This document shows positions 11,491 through 23,364 of a stretch of 64,000 nucleotides of DNA, one piece after another. Made by a program: the position numbers and the translations under genes. The notes under the pieces are model-generated. The model made no database searches. It saw nothing but the letters and a program-made list of their open reading frames with translations, and was not told where the DNA came from. The stretch's first letter is position 1. Every line of letters starts with the position of its first letter. Source of the stretch: Paramoeba atlantica. Taxonomy: Eukaryota > Protista > Discosea. The DNA lies in the NCBI GenBank assembly GCA_977017575.1, contig CDRNVI010000037.1:124001-188000 (forward strand), read 5' to 3'.

Positions 11491-12138
11491 ATGTATTTAG
11501 TATATTTGGCATCTCTGCATAGCTCTGACGTTACACCTTGTCGACTTGGAAGGGTGGGTGCCGCCCTTCCCCAGGAATTTGCTCTCGTCAAAGTTTTAGA
11601 AAAAATGAAGCCAGTATTGATTGAAAATTTCAACTCCACTGACATTGCAGCTTGCAAGTGGTATGGGGTGACTTGCGATGCCGATCATTATGTGACTGCG
11701 ATTAAATGGGCAAGTATGGGGGAACAGTGTGGGGTCGCTGCAAAAGGTTTGAAGGGGCCTCCGCAATGGGAACACTTGCCTCCTACGCTCACATCACTTC
11801 TCATGTATAATAATTGCCTGTCTGGTGAACTCCCACTTGATTTGTTGCCAACAGAACTGGAAGTGTTGCGTCTTTCTGCAAATAACTTACACGGGACACT
11901 CGATTTCACTCTTGTACCCCGAGCAATGCGAAAGATTGCACTTACTCATAATTTGTTTCGAAATGTTGTTGGTCTTGGGAATCTACCGAGCGGTCTTGAG
12001 GAACTGTCTTTAAGTTTTAACATGAATTTGCGCGGAGTCTACGATCCAGAAAAATTGCCTCCCAAACTTGTCTCAATGAACATGTTTAGTATTCGAAGTA
12101 CAAAAATAGAGCAGCGACGAATGTGCCGCGTGATGTAA
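11491..12138 (+). CDS. Leucine-rich repeat protein, 215 aa
   Basis: RLGRV..LPQEF cap, CKWYGVTC, and 23-aa LPxxLxxLxLxxNxLxG repeats. Confidence 0.9.
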   Translation: MYLVYLASLHSSDVTPCRLGRVGAALPQEFALVKVLEKMKPVLIENFNSTDIAACKWYGVTCDADHYVTAIKWASMGEQCGVAAKGLKGPPQWEHLPPTLTSLLMYNNCLSGELPLDLLPTELEVLRLSANNLHGTLDFTLVPRAMRKIALTHNLFRNVVGLGNLPSGLEELSLSFNMNLRGVYDPEKLPPKLVSMNMFSIRSTKIEQRRMCRVM

Positions 12139-12518
12139 TGCTGCTTCTTATTTCATGTTCATCTTTTTATTGTGATGATTCATTTGCCCTACAGTTCCCT
12201 CTAAATTCGTTTTTTACGAAATTCTCACATGTGCGTTAACCTCACAAATTTCCATTGTTTACTAAACCACTGTCAAGTTTAAGGTGCAATTTTTTTGCCC
12301 CTTTTTTGGGGAAAAATTTACTGTGCAAGCCGCCTTGGAAGGGTTAGTGCACATCTTCCACCCAAATGCTCGCTAATCCTATTTATCCAAAATATCTCTT
12401 TACCGCGGATAGACACTTTTAATAGGATGTAGTGGTAGACATGTAGGAGTAGACATGTAGGTAGTATGGAGTAGACTGGGAGGAAGAAAGAAATGAGAAA
12501 ACTATCAATTGGAGCAAT

Positions 12519-12752
12519 ATGGCAGATGCATTACACTCTGAATTTGGTTATGGAATGGGTACTGGGATCGGCTTACGGGGACTCCCAAGGTGGGAGCATT
12601 TGCTTTCTGCCCTAGTCTATTTGGGGCCTTTTGAAAATCACGATCTTGCTGGTGAGGTTCCTCTAGTGGTACTACCACTGACACTGGATTGCCTCCGGAA
12701 ATGGAAAAATGACACTAGATTGCCTCCGGACATGGGTTTTTCGGGACCTTAG
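12519..12752 (+). pseudogene. LRR gene remnant
   Basis: GLRGLPRWEHL...LAGEVPLVVLP resembles GLKGPPQWEHLP...LSGELPLDLLP of the gene at 11491. Confidence 0.55.
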
Positions 12753-13117
12753 ATTTCGGCCATTTGTCCATATCAATGAATCAGTTGTTTTTTTCTAGGA
12801 ATAAATTCCGTTCGTTTACCAAGTAAATCCAAAAACTCGTAAACGATATGGCATATTTTCTTTAGCGTGATTTATTAGTATTTCATTGCTCTGCCTTCCG
12901 TGTCTTATCTCAGTACAATGCACAAATGTAGATGAACTTTTATGTGCGAAAGGATGATTTGCAAACGCATTTTGTATTGCTCTGACACAAAGACAAATAC
13001 CCTTGGAAGGGTTAGTGCACATCTTCCACACGTGTAGTCGCTAGTCGGGTCCTTGGTGCGACATCCGTCGTCGCGGAGTGCGCCGATGATATCGGCTATC
13101 GCATCAAGGGCTGTATA

Positions 13118-14292
13118 CAGGGGGGGGCCACGAAAACTGACTAGCTTCGCATTTTAGCCTCGTGAGGATCTCAATCAAATTGAGATCAGGAGATTTCGAA
13201 GGCCAGTCAATAATTTTAATTCCTTCCAGCTTACCTATTCTCCGGGCTGCCCCGTGGCCTGGCGCATTGTCAAGGACAACAGCAGCCCCCGGCCGCCGAT
13301 GCATCCAGTTAAAAAACCTATTTCGCTTCTTCATTGTTCTCAGAAAAACTTCGTTTGTTACGGTTTCATTCTGGGAAAACTCGTGGAAACACGCATCGGG
13401 TACTTCCCAACGCAGACTGGTTGCCATGAATACATGCACTCCCTTCCCCCCGTACCACCTATCCATTTCTACTGGTGTTTCCTTGGGGGGGTCAGTGATT
13501 TTTGCAAGATATGTGATTTTTTTCCCATGTGAACCACATCGGAAAGTCTTCTCGTCACACCATACCACACGGGACAGCTGATCTGGACTCCATCCATCGA
13601 AGTAATCAGCAAGTTGTAATCGGGCAGCCTTGTGCCCAGCAGTTAAGAAAGGTTTGTGTGACATAGTCTTAATGACGTATCCCATCCTTTTCAAACTCCG
13701 TTTTACGATGTTCAGACTACAAGGATAAAGTGTCTTGTCCACTCTCTTGTGTACCCATTTAAACCCCGGACACCCGAATGGCGTGTCTTTCTCATCATCA
13801 ACAAGGGTACAGAGCATAGCACGGAATTCCTCCGTATCAACGGCATTATCGCGCGAGTAGCTCGCACGTGCCACGTCACCTGACTCATCAAAACGTGTCT
13901 TGTACCGATAGACAGAGCTCTCAGAACAGTTCATCATTCGTGCCGTGTCTTCAATACTTGTACCACGATGTCTTTCGTGTGCGCAAACAATGCGTATGGA
14001 ATACGAAGACTGCTCTGGGGACAATTGGCGACGGTTTAATCTATGCCGCTTGCCCATAGTGAAGAAAAAAGAAGAGAAAACCAACTTTTTTACTATTTTT
14101 TATGCTTTTTGCAAAATAAATCGTCTTAAATTTCAGTATTTTCGAAATGCAAAATATCAGGTTTATACAAACGAGTTCTAAATAGCGTAGACACGATATT
14201 CAGAACGAGTTTTCTCGTTTGCAACAAAAATTAGCTCAAACGGCCTCACGAGGCTAAAATGCGAAGCTAGTCAGTTTTCGTGGCCCCCCCTG
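13118..14292 (-). mobile_element. Tc1-like element, deletion derivative of 56130-57690
   Basis: TIR CAGGGGGGG(G)CCACGAAAACTGACTAGC with TA TSD. The ORF is nearly identical to 56338..57450 up to SPDLNLIE, then deleted into the far TIR. Confidence 0.95.
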
Positions 14293-14333
14293 TATATGCG
14301 CCAACGAGCGCATGAACATCAAGCTTAAACGGG

Positions 14334-14697
14334 GGTCCGGTTTAGCATGCCCCCCCGGTGTGGCACGAAGTCACAGGTATGGTAGCAGGTCACAGGTATG
14401 GTAGCAGGTCACAGGTACGGTAAGTTGTTTGGCTAAAATTTTAAAACAGTGATTAACAGCAAAAGTTACCAGTGGATGTTCACCAGTAAAAATCATAGAA
14501 GTGAAAAAACGCGATAAATAGTGAAGAAAAACGAATAACGCTCTGTAGGGTTAGAATCTACATGGGCCACCTCGAACAAGAAGTCGATATCACATTTTTT
14601 CTGCCTGAAAAACCAGGGGGGGTATGCTATCGACCCTGGGTAATGATACCATATCCCCCCGGTATGATACGAGGTCACAGGTATGCTAAACCGGACC
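14334..14697. mobile_element. MITE with 15-bp TIRs and an internal 19-bp tandem repeat
   Basis: GGTCCGGTTTAGCAT / ATGCTAAACCGGACC; about 3 copies of GTCACAGGTATGGTAGCAG near 14370-14420. No TSD recognised. Confidence 0.65.
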
Positions 14698-15166
14698 GCA
14701 TTTCACTAGGAATAAACTCCGGCGCACTTTACATTTCGATGTTCTTCCGCAACGTCTCTCAATTCTTTATCTGGACTATAATTAAGACCTTGGAATTTAT
14801 GATCCAAGTAAGCTTCCACCAAGTATCATTGTGGGTAGTACTTTTCTACTTACTCATAAGCTGAAATCTGCGGAAATTAGCGGTGATTGCTTCCTGATGT
14901 GAAATAAAGCCAATGTAAATTTTTCTACGACTTTAAACTTCTTGCTATAATTCCAAAGAAAATACACATTGGCATATGGCTAGGATTAGTATTTGTTACT
15001 TACCACTAGACTTGTTTTGTCACATGGGGGTATGGGGGGAAACAATAAATTGAAAAATAATGAAAAATTATATTTCGCACGCAACACTCGTATGCAGCAT
15101 ACTGTATACAACGTGATTTTGAACTTCGATTTTTAACCATAAATTTCTTTTTCTTGAGCTCACGTA

Positions 15167-15949
15167 ATGATGATTCGCATATTTAACGCTGTCCTGGCAG
15201 CGGATCCTTCACAAAGCAAACCAGGGAAGGTGCGCGGCGTGCCTCACCCGCAAGAATACAATTTACATTTCCTCGTTCAAAATCTCACCCAAACTCATCC
15301 ATCCTGGAGTGCACACAATGAAGTCTGTTCCTGGCTGGGTATTACCTGTAACACAGATCGTCAAGTCACGCGCATTGATTGGTCTTTTTTGAGTCTCCGA
15401 GGGGTTCTGCGGTTTGACCTGTTGCCCCACACCCTAACTTTTCTGGATGTGATGCAAAACGAGATAGAAGGTGCGGCACGGCTTGATAAACTCCCCCCTT
15501 CACTCTTTCGTCTTGTGCTCTCTACGAATCTTTTTTCAGGTCCCATTTCGCTGTGCTCACTACCCGCAGAGATGAGCACACTTAATTTGTTTCATAACCG
15601 CATGGAAGGAGAATTGTGTCTTAGTTTGTTGCCCCCTCAACTTGAATCGCTACAACTCGCGCGGAATCGATTTCGTGGAGGGCTAAATATTGCCTCTCTT
15701 CCCAAAACGTTGCGCCGCCTGGATGTGGGCTCAAATCTTCTCAGTGGCCCGTTAGAATTTCTCTCCTTGCCTCACGGAATTCAAGAAATACGACTGGACC
15801 GAAATCGATTCGGGGGAGCGGTACAACTCGTAAATTTGCCGCCCAATATTCTGGAGTTGAATCTATCATGGAACTGCCTGGCTCAAATAACACCAGACCC
15901 TGTACCGAATTTCGTATATGTTGGAGCGCAGCATCCTATCGTAGATTGA
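15167..15949 (+). CDS. Leucine-rich repeat protein, 260 aa
   Basis: KPGKVRG..PQEY cap, CSWLGITC, about 7 LRRs. Confidence 0.92.
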   Translation: MMIRIFNAVLAADPSQSKPGKVRGVPHPQEYNLHFLVQNLTQTHPSWSAHNEVCSWLGITCNTDRQVTRIDWSFLSLRGVLRFDLLPHTLTFLDVMQNEIEGAARLDKLPPSLFRLVLSTNLFSGPISLCSLPAEMSTLNLFHNRMEGELCLSLLPPQLESLQLARNRFRGGLNIASLPKTLRRLDVGSNLLSGPLEFLSLPHGIQEIRLDRNRFGGAVQLVNLPPNILELNLSWNCLAQITPDPVPNFVYVGAQHPIVD

Positions 15950-16492
15950 TTCTACTTGATAAATATCTACAAAGAGGGGCTAGGTGTTAGGGGTTATAAA
16001 AAATGGCTATTTTTGGTTGTTGTTGTTGTTGTTGTTTTTGTTGTTGGCTTTACAAAGTAATAAGTATAATTCAAATAAACGGCAAAAAGAATCATAATAA
16101 TTCTTTTAGCAAGATGGTGGAAAACAATGACTTAGAACATTCGCCTACAGAGTTTACATGTTTTGTGCAAAATCGTTTTGAATGGTCTTCGGCTCTACAT
16201 GTATGTTTCTTTGTCTGGTTATCTAGTTTTCTAATATCTCCGATTAAATTTGCCTTCTGGAGAGCTTGATCCAGAAAACTTATCCCCAATAGCATATTCC
16301 GAAATAATGTGCTGGGGCTCAATCTGGAAATACGCAGCTGTGATAATATTATGTATGATGATACATAATAAGTAATTAAATGACGGACAAATTCTTCTCA
16401 TTCATCCGGCAAATTTGTTTTGTACAAAATATGATTATTTGATCTTTATTGTTACTCGAGATTTCTTTTTCACTTTTCATTAAAATTTAATC

Positions 16493-17275
16493 ATGACATT
16501 GCTTGTTTCCCTTGCTGACGTACGCGACCGGGTAAATAGCGCTAGCAAGATTCGCGGAGCTGAAATGAGCTATGAGCTCATGATGCAGCGTTTTGTCGCC
16601 TCTTTGCATACGCATAATGAAGAATTAATATGGGATTCAAATAAGCATCCATGTCTCTGGAATGGGGTAGACTGTGAGGAACACACTATTGTTCGAATTC
16701 GGTGGAACTGGTGCAAACTCCACGGGAACCTTTCTTTATCGTTTCTTCCGAGCACCGTACGCGAGCTCCTCTTATACAAAAATCTGTTGGAAGGCTCCTT
16801 AGAAGTCGCCTATCTCCCTGAGAAGTTGGAGCACATTTCCGTTGGAGAAAACAATCTTAGCGGAGGAATATCTCTCACGTCACTGCCGAATGCGCTAGAA
16901 CGTGCCGACTTTACGGCGAACGGGTTCGAAGGTGCTCTCGAACTTTCTACTCTCCCCTCTAAGCTGAGTTTTCTCTGGCTTTCAAAAAATAAGCTTGAGG
17001 GGACAATTAACCTAACTTCCCTCCCGTCTTCGCTACTCGTATTAGATCTGCGTGGGAATCAACTTACTGGGAATCCCTCACTAGATAATTTGCCTTCGTT
17101 AATGCTACACCTCTATCTTTCTGACAACAGGTTCGAGGGAGAGTTAGACTGTCGCGCACTCTCTGCCAGGTTGGCATTGCACGTAGAAAGAAACATGTTT
17201 TCGAAGATAATTTTACCTCCGGTGGGCCAAGGGGCTGCTGTAGGGCACACTGCACCATGTTTTATTCGGAAGTAA
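16493..17275 (+). CDS. Leucine-rich repeat protein, 260 aa
   Basis: CLWNGVDC cap followed by 23-aa LRRs. Confidence 0.92.
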   Translation: MTLLVSLADVRDRVNSASKIRGAEMSYELMMQRFVASLHTHNEELIWDSNKHPCLWNGVDCEEHTIVRIRWNWCKLHGNLSLSFLPSTVRELLLYKNLLEGSLEVAYLPEKLEHISVGENNLSGGISLTSLPNALERADFTANGFEGALELSTLPSKLSFLWLSKNKLEGTINLTSLPSSLLVLDLRGNQLTGNPSLDNLPSLMLHLYLSDNRFEGELDCRALSARLALHVERNMFSKIILPPVGQGAAVGHTAPCFIRK

Positions 17276-17794
17276 GGGAGACATCACATCCGAAACATGT
17301 ACGTCACACTGAAACGTCCTGCTTCAGATCGAAACATGCTGCTAAATCATACTACACAGCGTGTATACAAGTGTCTCTTTAAAAATATATGTTTTTACAG
17401 TCGTTCCTGAACACTGTAAAGCTTCTACAATAGTAGTTTTACAGTGCTAAGGAACTTTCAGCTGAAATTCCGAAGAAAAAGCCAGGTCACTGTATTTTTA
17501 CCCACCTGAACTTTTCCTACAAGACTTCTGATTTTATTTTTGTCCTTACTTACATGGCGTTCATCCCTTCTTTATCATAAAGAAATCATAAAGAAAATTT
17601 CTATATAATTTATAACGAAGGCATAAATTATGCCTCTTCGTTCTTACAAAATCAACCTTGAAAAGAGCGATCTCATAACTCTATGCCATCCTACCTCTCA
17701 CCCTAGTAGCCCGCCAAAACACACAAAAAAAAGAAAATTTAAAAAATATTGAAAACACATTTTCGTCAACCCCTCCCTTTTCTCCCCCTTTCCC

Positions 17795-19291
17795 ATGAGC
17801 CTTTCCCCCTCCGCAACCTCCACTCCTCCCCCTCAACCCGAACCCTCCACCCACGAACTCGTTCCTGACTTCACCCTCCCCGTTGAAACCCGTCTCACCC
17901 CAACCCACACCGCACTCACCCAAACCCACCACGCCCTCCTCACCCAGCTCCACGCCCTGCAGCAAACCGTCGCGCTTCAAAACCAGCAGCTGGAGGAATT
18001 CGAGTCCCGTGTCGATACAATCGGGGGCAAAACAGAAGCCACGTCTTCGCCTGGATTGGGGTTAGGTAAAGAAAACAGAAAAGGCTTTTCTTCTTCTTCT
18101 ATTTCTTCTTCTTCTTCTTCTTCTTCTTCTCTTCGCTATCACGGGATGCCCCAGGAGCTGGCCTCGGATGCGCTACGACGTCGAGCGCTGCGTCTGCAGC
18201 AAACGGCGTGCTCGATCAAGGCCCTGCGGCACGCGGTGCGCCACAGGCTCCCGTTGCAGGAGAGGAGGCTGGGGGAGCGGTTGGAGGGGAAACGGCGGGC
18301 GCTGGAGAAGGTGAAGACACGGACGGGGTGGTGCGCACCGGCGACGACAACAAAAACAACAACAAGCACAACCCATGGGAGTGAAACCCACGCGGTCTCG
18401 TTTCAACAAAAAATGGAACAAGTACAGGCGATGCGGGAACTCGTGGCGCAGCTTGAGGCGGAGAGAAAGGCACACAGCACATTGATGCATAAAAAAGATG
18501 AGCTGATCACGACGCTTGGCCAGGAGTTGAGTCGTCGTCGTGAAGTGTATGAAAAGGTTGGCCTCACTCGAAACAAGATAGTGGGTGTGGAAAAAGAATG
18601 TGAAAAGGTACGTCAAGCAATAGAGAGTGTCAAAGCGGAGGATGCACAAATTGATGCTGCTCTACAAGATCTGGAGCGCTCCAGAGATGTGGTAGCGTTT
18701 CAAGCCGTAGAGGAAGACGTTTATTTGTTGCAGCAAGAGCTGCAACGACAAAAGGAGATCGCCGAGAAGCAGCGCGAAAAGATGAGTGTTGTGCAACAAC
18801 GTCTACGTGTGTTGACTCGTCGCTGGTCGAATATGTTGCTTGCGTTGCGCGAGTTAGGACTCGACAAGCAGCTGTCCACGTTCAGTAGACAAAGTACGAG
18901 CGTGGTCGTCTCCGATGACCAGGTGGAAGAACTAAATGACGATGTAGATATCAGTCTGTATGAGTTGTTTCAACGTGCGAAGTTGAAATTGTTGCATGAG
19001 TACTCCGTCAAGGAGGTCTTGATCGAAGAAAAGACGCAAACTATGGAAATGTTACAGGAAAAGCTTCTCACTATTTACCAAAAGTACATTCAGTCAAAGC
19101 GCGCGTTGGCAAGCGAAAGGGCGGAAATAGAAGCGCAGATTAGTGACCTGCAGGAGAAAGTGGTGCTTGCTCGTGCAGAAACGGATGCCAAAGCGGTTGA
19201 TGCAAAACTAGAAAGTGTGAGCCCAGCTCGTACACCTGCGCGATTCAAAAATAGGGATCGCAGTATGAAGTCCTCTCCACTAGCAATGTAA
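17795..19291 (+). CDS. Hypothetical long coiled-coil protein, 498 aa
   Basis: Long intact ORF with E/K/Q/L heptad pattern, a poly-Ser run from (TCT)n, and a pyrimidine tract upstream. Confidence 0.8.
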   Translation: MSLSPSATSTPPPQPEPSTHELVPDFTLPVETRLTPTHTALTQTHHALLTQLHALQQTVALQNQQLEEFESRVDTIGGKTEATSSPGLGLGKENRKGFSSSSISSSSSSSSSLRYHGMPQELASDALRRRALRLQQTACSIKALRHAVRHRLPLQERRLGERLEGKRRALEKVKTRTGWCAPATTTKTTTSTTHGSETHAVSFQQKMEQVQAMRELVAQLEAERKAHSTLMHKKDELITTLGQELSRRREVYEKVGLTRNKIVGVEKECEKVRQAIESVKAEDAQIDAALQDLERSRDVVAFQAVEEDVYLLQQELQRQKEIAEKQREKMSVVQQRLRVLTRRWSNMLLALRELGLDKQLSTFSRQSTSVVVSDDQVEELNDDVDISLYELFQRAKLKLLHEYSVKEVLIEEKTQTMEMLQEKLLTIYQKYIQSKRALASERAEIEAQISDLQEKVVLARAETDAKAVDAKLESVSPARTPARFKNRDRSMKSSPLAM

Positions 19292-19757
19292 TATAATGAA
19301 AATCTGAAAAAAGAAGAGTCGTCAGCAGTCAGGATCTAAGTATATACAAGTGTATGTGTTTCAAGATTTTAATCCACTATCGTTTTTTCGTCACTGATTT
19401 TGATATCATGTACATGCTTCAGAAATGTGCCGTTATGTATGTTTGATTTTAATTAATACTTTAGTGCAAACTTGGACTATAGCAGCCGGAGTATGTTTCT
19501 AATAGTGTATGCCTGTACAAATAAGAAATTTACTATTCCTTCATTCCTAAACTTCTCCGTGTCATCCTCTCCATATTATCCTACTGTACTCGCCTACCTG
19601 ATAATTTTTACAAAAAAAAAATTGTCCAACCTAAGCATATTGTGACAAGGTGTGCAACTTATACGCCGATTTTTTTCCCTTTTTAGCTCCCCACTCCTTA
19701 CATTATTTCTGTTTATCTTCTAGTTTTTGTTTATACGCCACCATTGTTCCATTTCAT

Positions 19758-20678
19758 ATGCCATCCCGTTCCTCGCCTTCCCGCCGCCACGGTCCCAACT
19801 CCCCTTGGCAATTTCCTCTGAAACCCAAGCCGCATACCACCCGGGCCTACGCCGCGAGACCCCCTCCAATGTTTCTACCCACCCAAAGAAGTCCCTCTCT
19901 CGCACCTATACCCCCACCCGACTTTGTGACAAACTCGCCCATCGCCTCCGAAATCGTTCTCGAGAAAATGACATCTTCTCTACCCACTCTTCCGGAACAC
20001 CTTCCCGGATCTTTCACACGCTCGACAAACATAAACCGTTCGACACCTGTAGAGCCCAATAATAATAACAACGGTCACATGAACTCCTTGGGGCTGCCTT
20101 TAACTCCGCCTTTGCGGACAACTTCTACTTCCCTTCCTGGGGGTTCATTTTTACGTTTTTCACAAAGTCCGGAGAATAATAATGGTAACAATGGCTACAA
20201 CACCACAAATCTTAACCATCCCGCACAACTCACCACCCCGACCACTTCCTCCCCGTTCTCTGCGAAAGTAAGTCAATACGAACGCACCAAAGCGTTGTGG
20301 GAACTCAATCTATCCCCGTATGGGTACGCGACAAAAAAAATGGAGAGAAAAAACGAGTTTGAGGGTTCCGGAATGGAGTTTTTGACCTCTACTACACGAC
20401 AAGAAAAAGAACCCGAAATTTCTCCAAGTAACCTTCTTGGCGAAAACAAACAAGATATTGAAAAAGTAACCCAATCGCCTCGATTCCGTGTAACCTATAC
20501 GAATCAGACGGTACAAACCCATACGGTTGGTTTGGGAAAAACAAACGAGCGGGTTGCAAAGACGAATACAAACACATCAAACTCGGAAAAAGCGGCCCAA
20601 GCTTTTCCATATGGTGATATCAGCGGACATTACAGTTCCCCGCTGATCCGTCCACCTCCCTCACTGGAATTGGGATAA
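19758..20678 (+). CDS. Hypothetical Pro/Ser/Thr/Asn-rich, probably disordered protein
   Basis: Open frame 19650..20678, first ATG at 19758. Low complexity, on the same strand as its neighbours. Confidence 0.65.
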   Translation: MPSRSSPSRRHGPNSPWQFPLKPKPHTTRAYAARPPPMFLPTQRSPSLAPIPPPDFVTNSPIASEIVLEKMTSSLPTLPEHLPGSFTRSTNINRSTPVEPNNNNNGHMNSLGLPLTPPLRTTSTSLPGGSFLRFSQSPENNNGNNGYNTTNLNHPAQLTTPTTSSPFSAKVSQYERTKALWELNLSPYGYATKKMERKNEFEGSGMEFLTSTTRQEKEPEISPSNLLGENKQDIEKVTQSPRFRVTYTNQTVQTHTVGLGKTNERVAKTNTNTSNSEKAAQAFPYGDISGHYSSPLIRPPPSLELG

Positions 20679-23364
20679 TGCAGAGGAATGGTGGTTTATT
20701 CTTTGCAGACTTTAAATCCCGTTTTTACTTTAACACAACATTAGGTTTCTGTAAGTAAATATATTTCAATGGGACGTCTAAAAGAAATATTTATTAGTAT
20801 TGTGAAAGTAATTGAATTCGGCTTTATGCTTGTAGAGCAACCTTGTAGAATAGATCACTTTATTCGGAGAATCAGATACTTATTTTTCTTCTAACTCGGT
20901 ATGTAGTGTGGAGTAGAAAATGAACAAATTCTCGTAAAATGCTTTTTTCCTGAATTCCATTTTCATTTTAGAAAAATGTTTTACATAAATTGGTAAATAA
21001 TGTTTTTTTGCGAAATTTTGAAGATGTTACCTTAATGTTTTCCGACGTTTTCTTTTTATGGTACCGTGGACGTCCTGCGTATGGTATCCTTGATACGCAA
21101 CAAAACTCTTTTCTTTGATTCACAACGTAAACGGCGATACTCGCCGAGGTTTACATAACCTTTCCAGCAATCGCTGGACAACAGCCAAGTGGGAGAGAAT
21201 GAAAGCATGTTTCATTTTCAGTGTTTCGAGGTCGCGGCGCTTCGCCAGCTTCCAACGGGTAAGACCCATTTTCCGCCCCTCTTTCTCAACTAAATGTCGC
21301 GAACCACGAACCCCGCTGTCGTTGACGACGACCTCGGTTATGTTTTTGCTTACGTATGAATCAGGGAATACGTGTGATCAAAATTTCGCCCCTGATCAGC
21401 CTCCACTCTAAGTTGGGGTAGCGCCGTTTATTTTGAAACTTGCTGTGATGATACGATCTGAGAAGCCTGATCAAATGCAGCCTCCGAGGTGCAGAAAGTT
21501 GTCGCTTACGATCTTTCGTCCAATGCCACGGTTTATGCAAACCTGCCCGGTACACGAATGGTTCGCAATGTCAGCCCACACTAAGAGAAGCATGCTAGGG
21601 GTCAACAAAATGCGGATCGAAAAGTGTGGGAGAAAACTGCTGACGTGCATTCGGCAAAATTTCCGATCAGCAGGTTATCGGTGCACACAAAGTCGCATCC
21701 GATCATTCCCCGAGATGTCAACCATGAACTGGTTCCTTTGATCAAGGTATTCGGGAATGGTAAAGAGACCATGTGCCTTCATCCATTTCTCCGCATCTTT
21801 ACCTTGTGTAATAACAACAACGCTTCCCCAAAGTCTCACGCATGCGTACCGCGGACACCCTCTTCAAACAGGCTAAATCTCAAGATTTCGCCACGTACGG
21901 CGTTGTGTTGCAACAGGTTCAACGGGACGCTCCTGAATCACACCACGCTCATTATCATCCCGCTGTTGAGCTGTATATTCGATTGCCGCAAGAAACCGCG
22001 CAAACAACCTTTACACACCCTGAAAAAACAAATCTTCGTCCTCATGATGCATAAAAGGCAAAATTTGCAAGAAAATGCCTGACGCCAACAAGAGAATCAA
22101 TTCCAGTTGTGTGCTTTAGGATATGTACAGTGGTGATCATCGTCTTTTACCCCCCCCCTACAGGTCTTGTATTTTCTTCCTTACTCGCGTCTCCGGAACC
22201 GCTGTTTCCCCTTCTTCTTTGGCGCCACTTTTCTCATTTTTTTCAGGGCGGAGTAACGGGAAGCAATTTCCAGTAGAAGCTTTCCGCTTATTTTTTTTTC
22301 ATCGCATTTATTTTCTTGGATTAGTGCGACGTTGTCCAGCTTTTCCGTGTCCGGGATAGTTTCGCCAATGGCCGTTAGTGTCGCCTGTATAAAGTGCGTA
22401 TCGTTATCCCAACTTGAATGCAGAGCTTTAAACAGAGGCGTCCACTTTCGTTTTTCTAAGATCTTCAGTATGACGTTAGTTTTTCAGGACTTGATTTTCT
22501 CCTTCGATAGAGTTCATAACAAAAGCGTCCGTTACGGAGTCTGACATTGCAATTTCTACGTAATACAAAAGTGCGTCAAAAGCTTGTAGGGCAAGCGGCG
22601 CGAAACAAAATCGGTCCTTCGTTGTTGTTTTTTTAATATTCCTATACCTCGTAATATTCCTATACTCTTAAGTACCCTCTTAATATTCCTACCAGGAGTA
22701 TTAACCCGAACAGTGGTTTAGTAGTAATATTCTTCAAATATTTACCATCATGCTACTTCCATTTCACCTTTCCGATATTGAACAGCACACGAAAGGACAA
22801 CAAACGCAAACAAACGATATAAATTTAGAACCAAAAGCACGTGACAAGGGACTAAGTTTTCGTCCTAGTAAGGTACGTGGAGCGAACTTACCACAGGAAT
22901 ATGAACTCGCACGATTGCTCGGAGACAATGAGAATTTGCCTACCACTTGGAGTACGTCAACGCCCGCGTGTGAATGGAAAGGCACCCATTGCAATACGGA
23001 CGGATACGTCACAGGGCTTAATTGGGATTCTTTCAGTCTTACAGGCACTCTCCGATGGGATTGGCTACCTCGGTCAGTAGTCTTGTGTAATGTGATGAGA
23101 AATAAACTCACAGGACACATACATACTGAAAAATTGCCACCGCAACTTAGGTACTTGCTCTTATCCGTCAATAGATTTACGAATCAGGGAGATCTTACTT
23201 GCTTGCCTCTCTCACTGGAAGATTTTGTACTGGATGAAAATCACTGCCACGGAAATGTGGATTTGACACATTTGTCTCCCCGCTTGTCTAAGCTAAGCCT
23301 CCGCAGTAACTTTTTTTCTGGCGAAGTCAATCTCACTGGCTTGCCGGCAAGCTTGACATACCTT

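Noticed and set aside
22150-22620. MULE- or Merlin-like remnant on the minus strand (VMNSIEGENQVLK)
   Set aside because: It is a single short motif with no other catalytic residues or termini.
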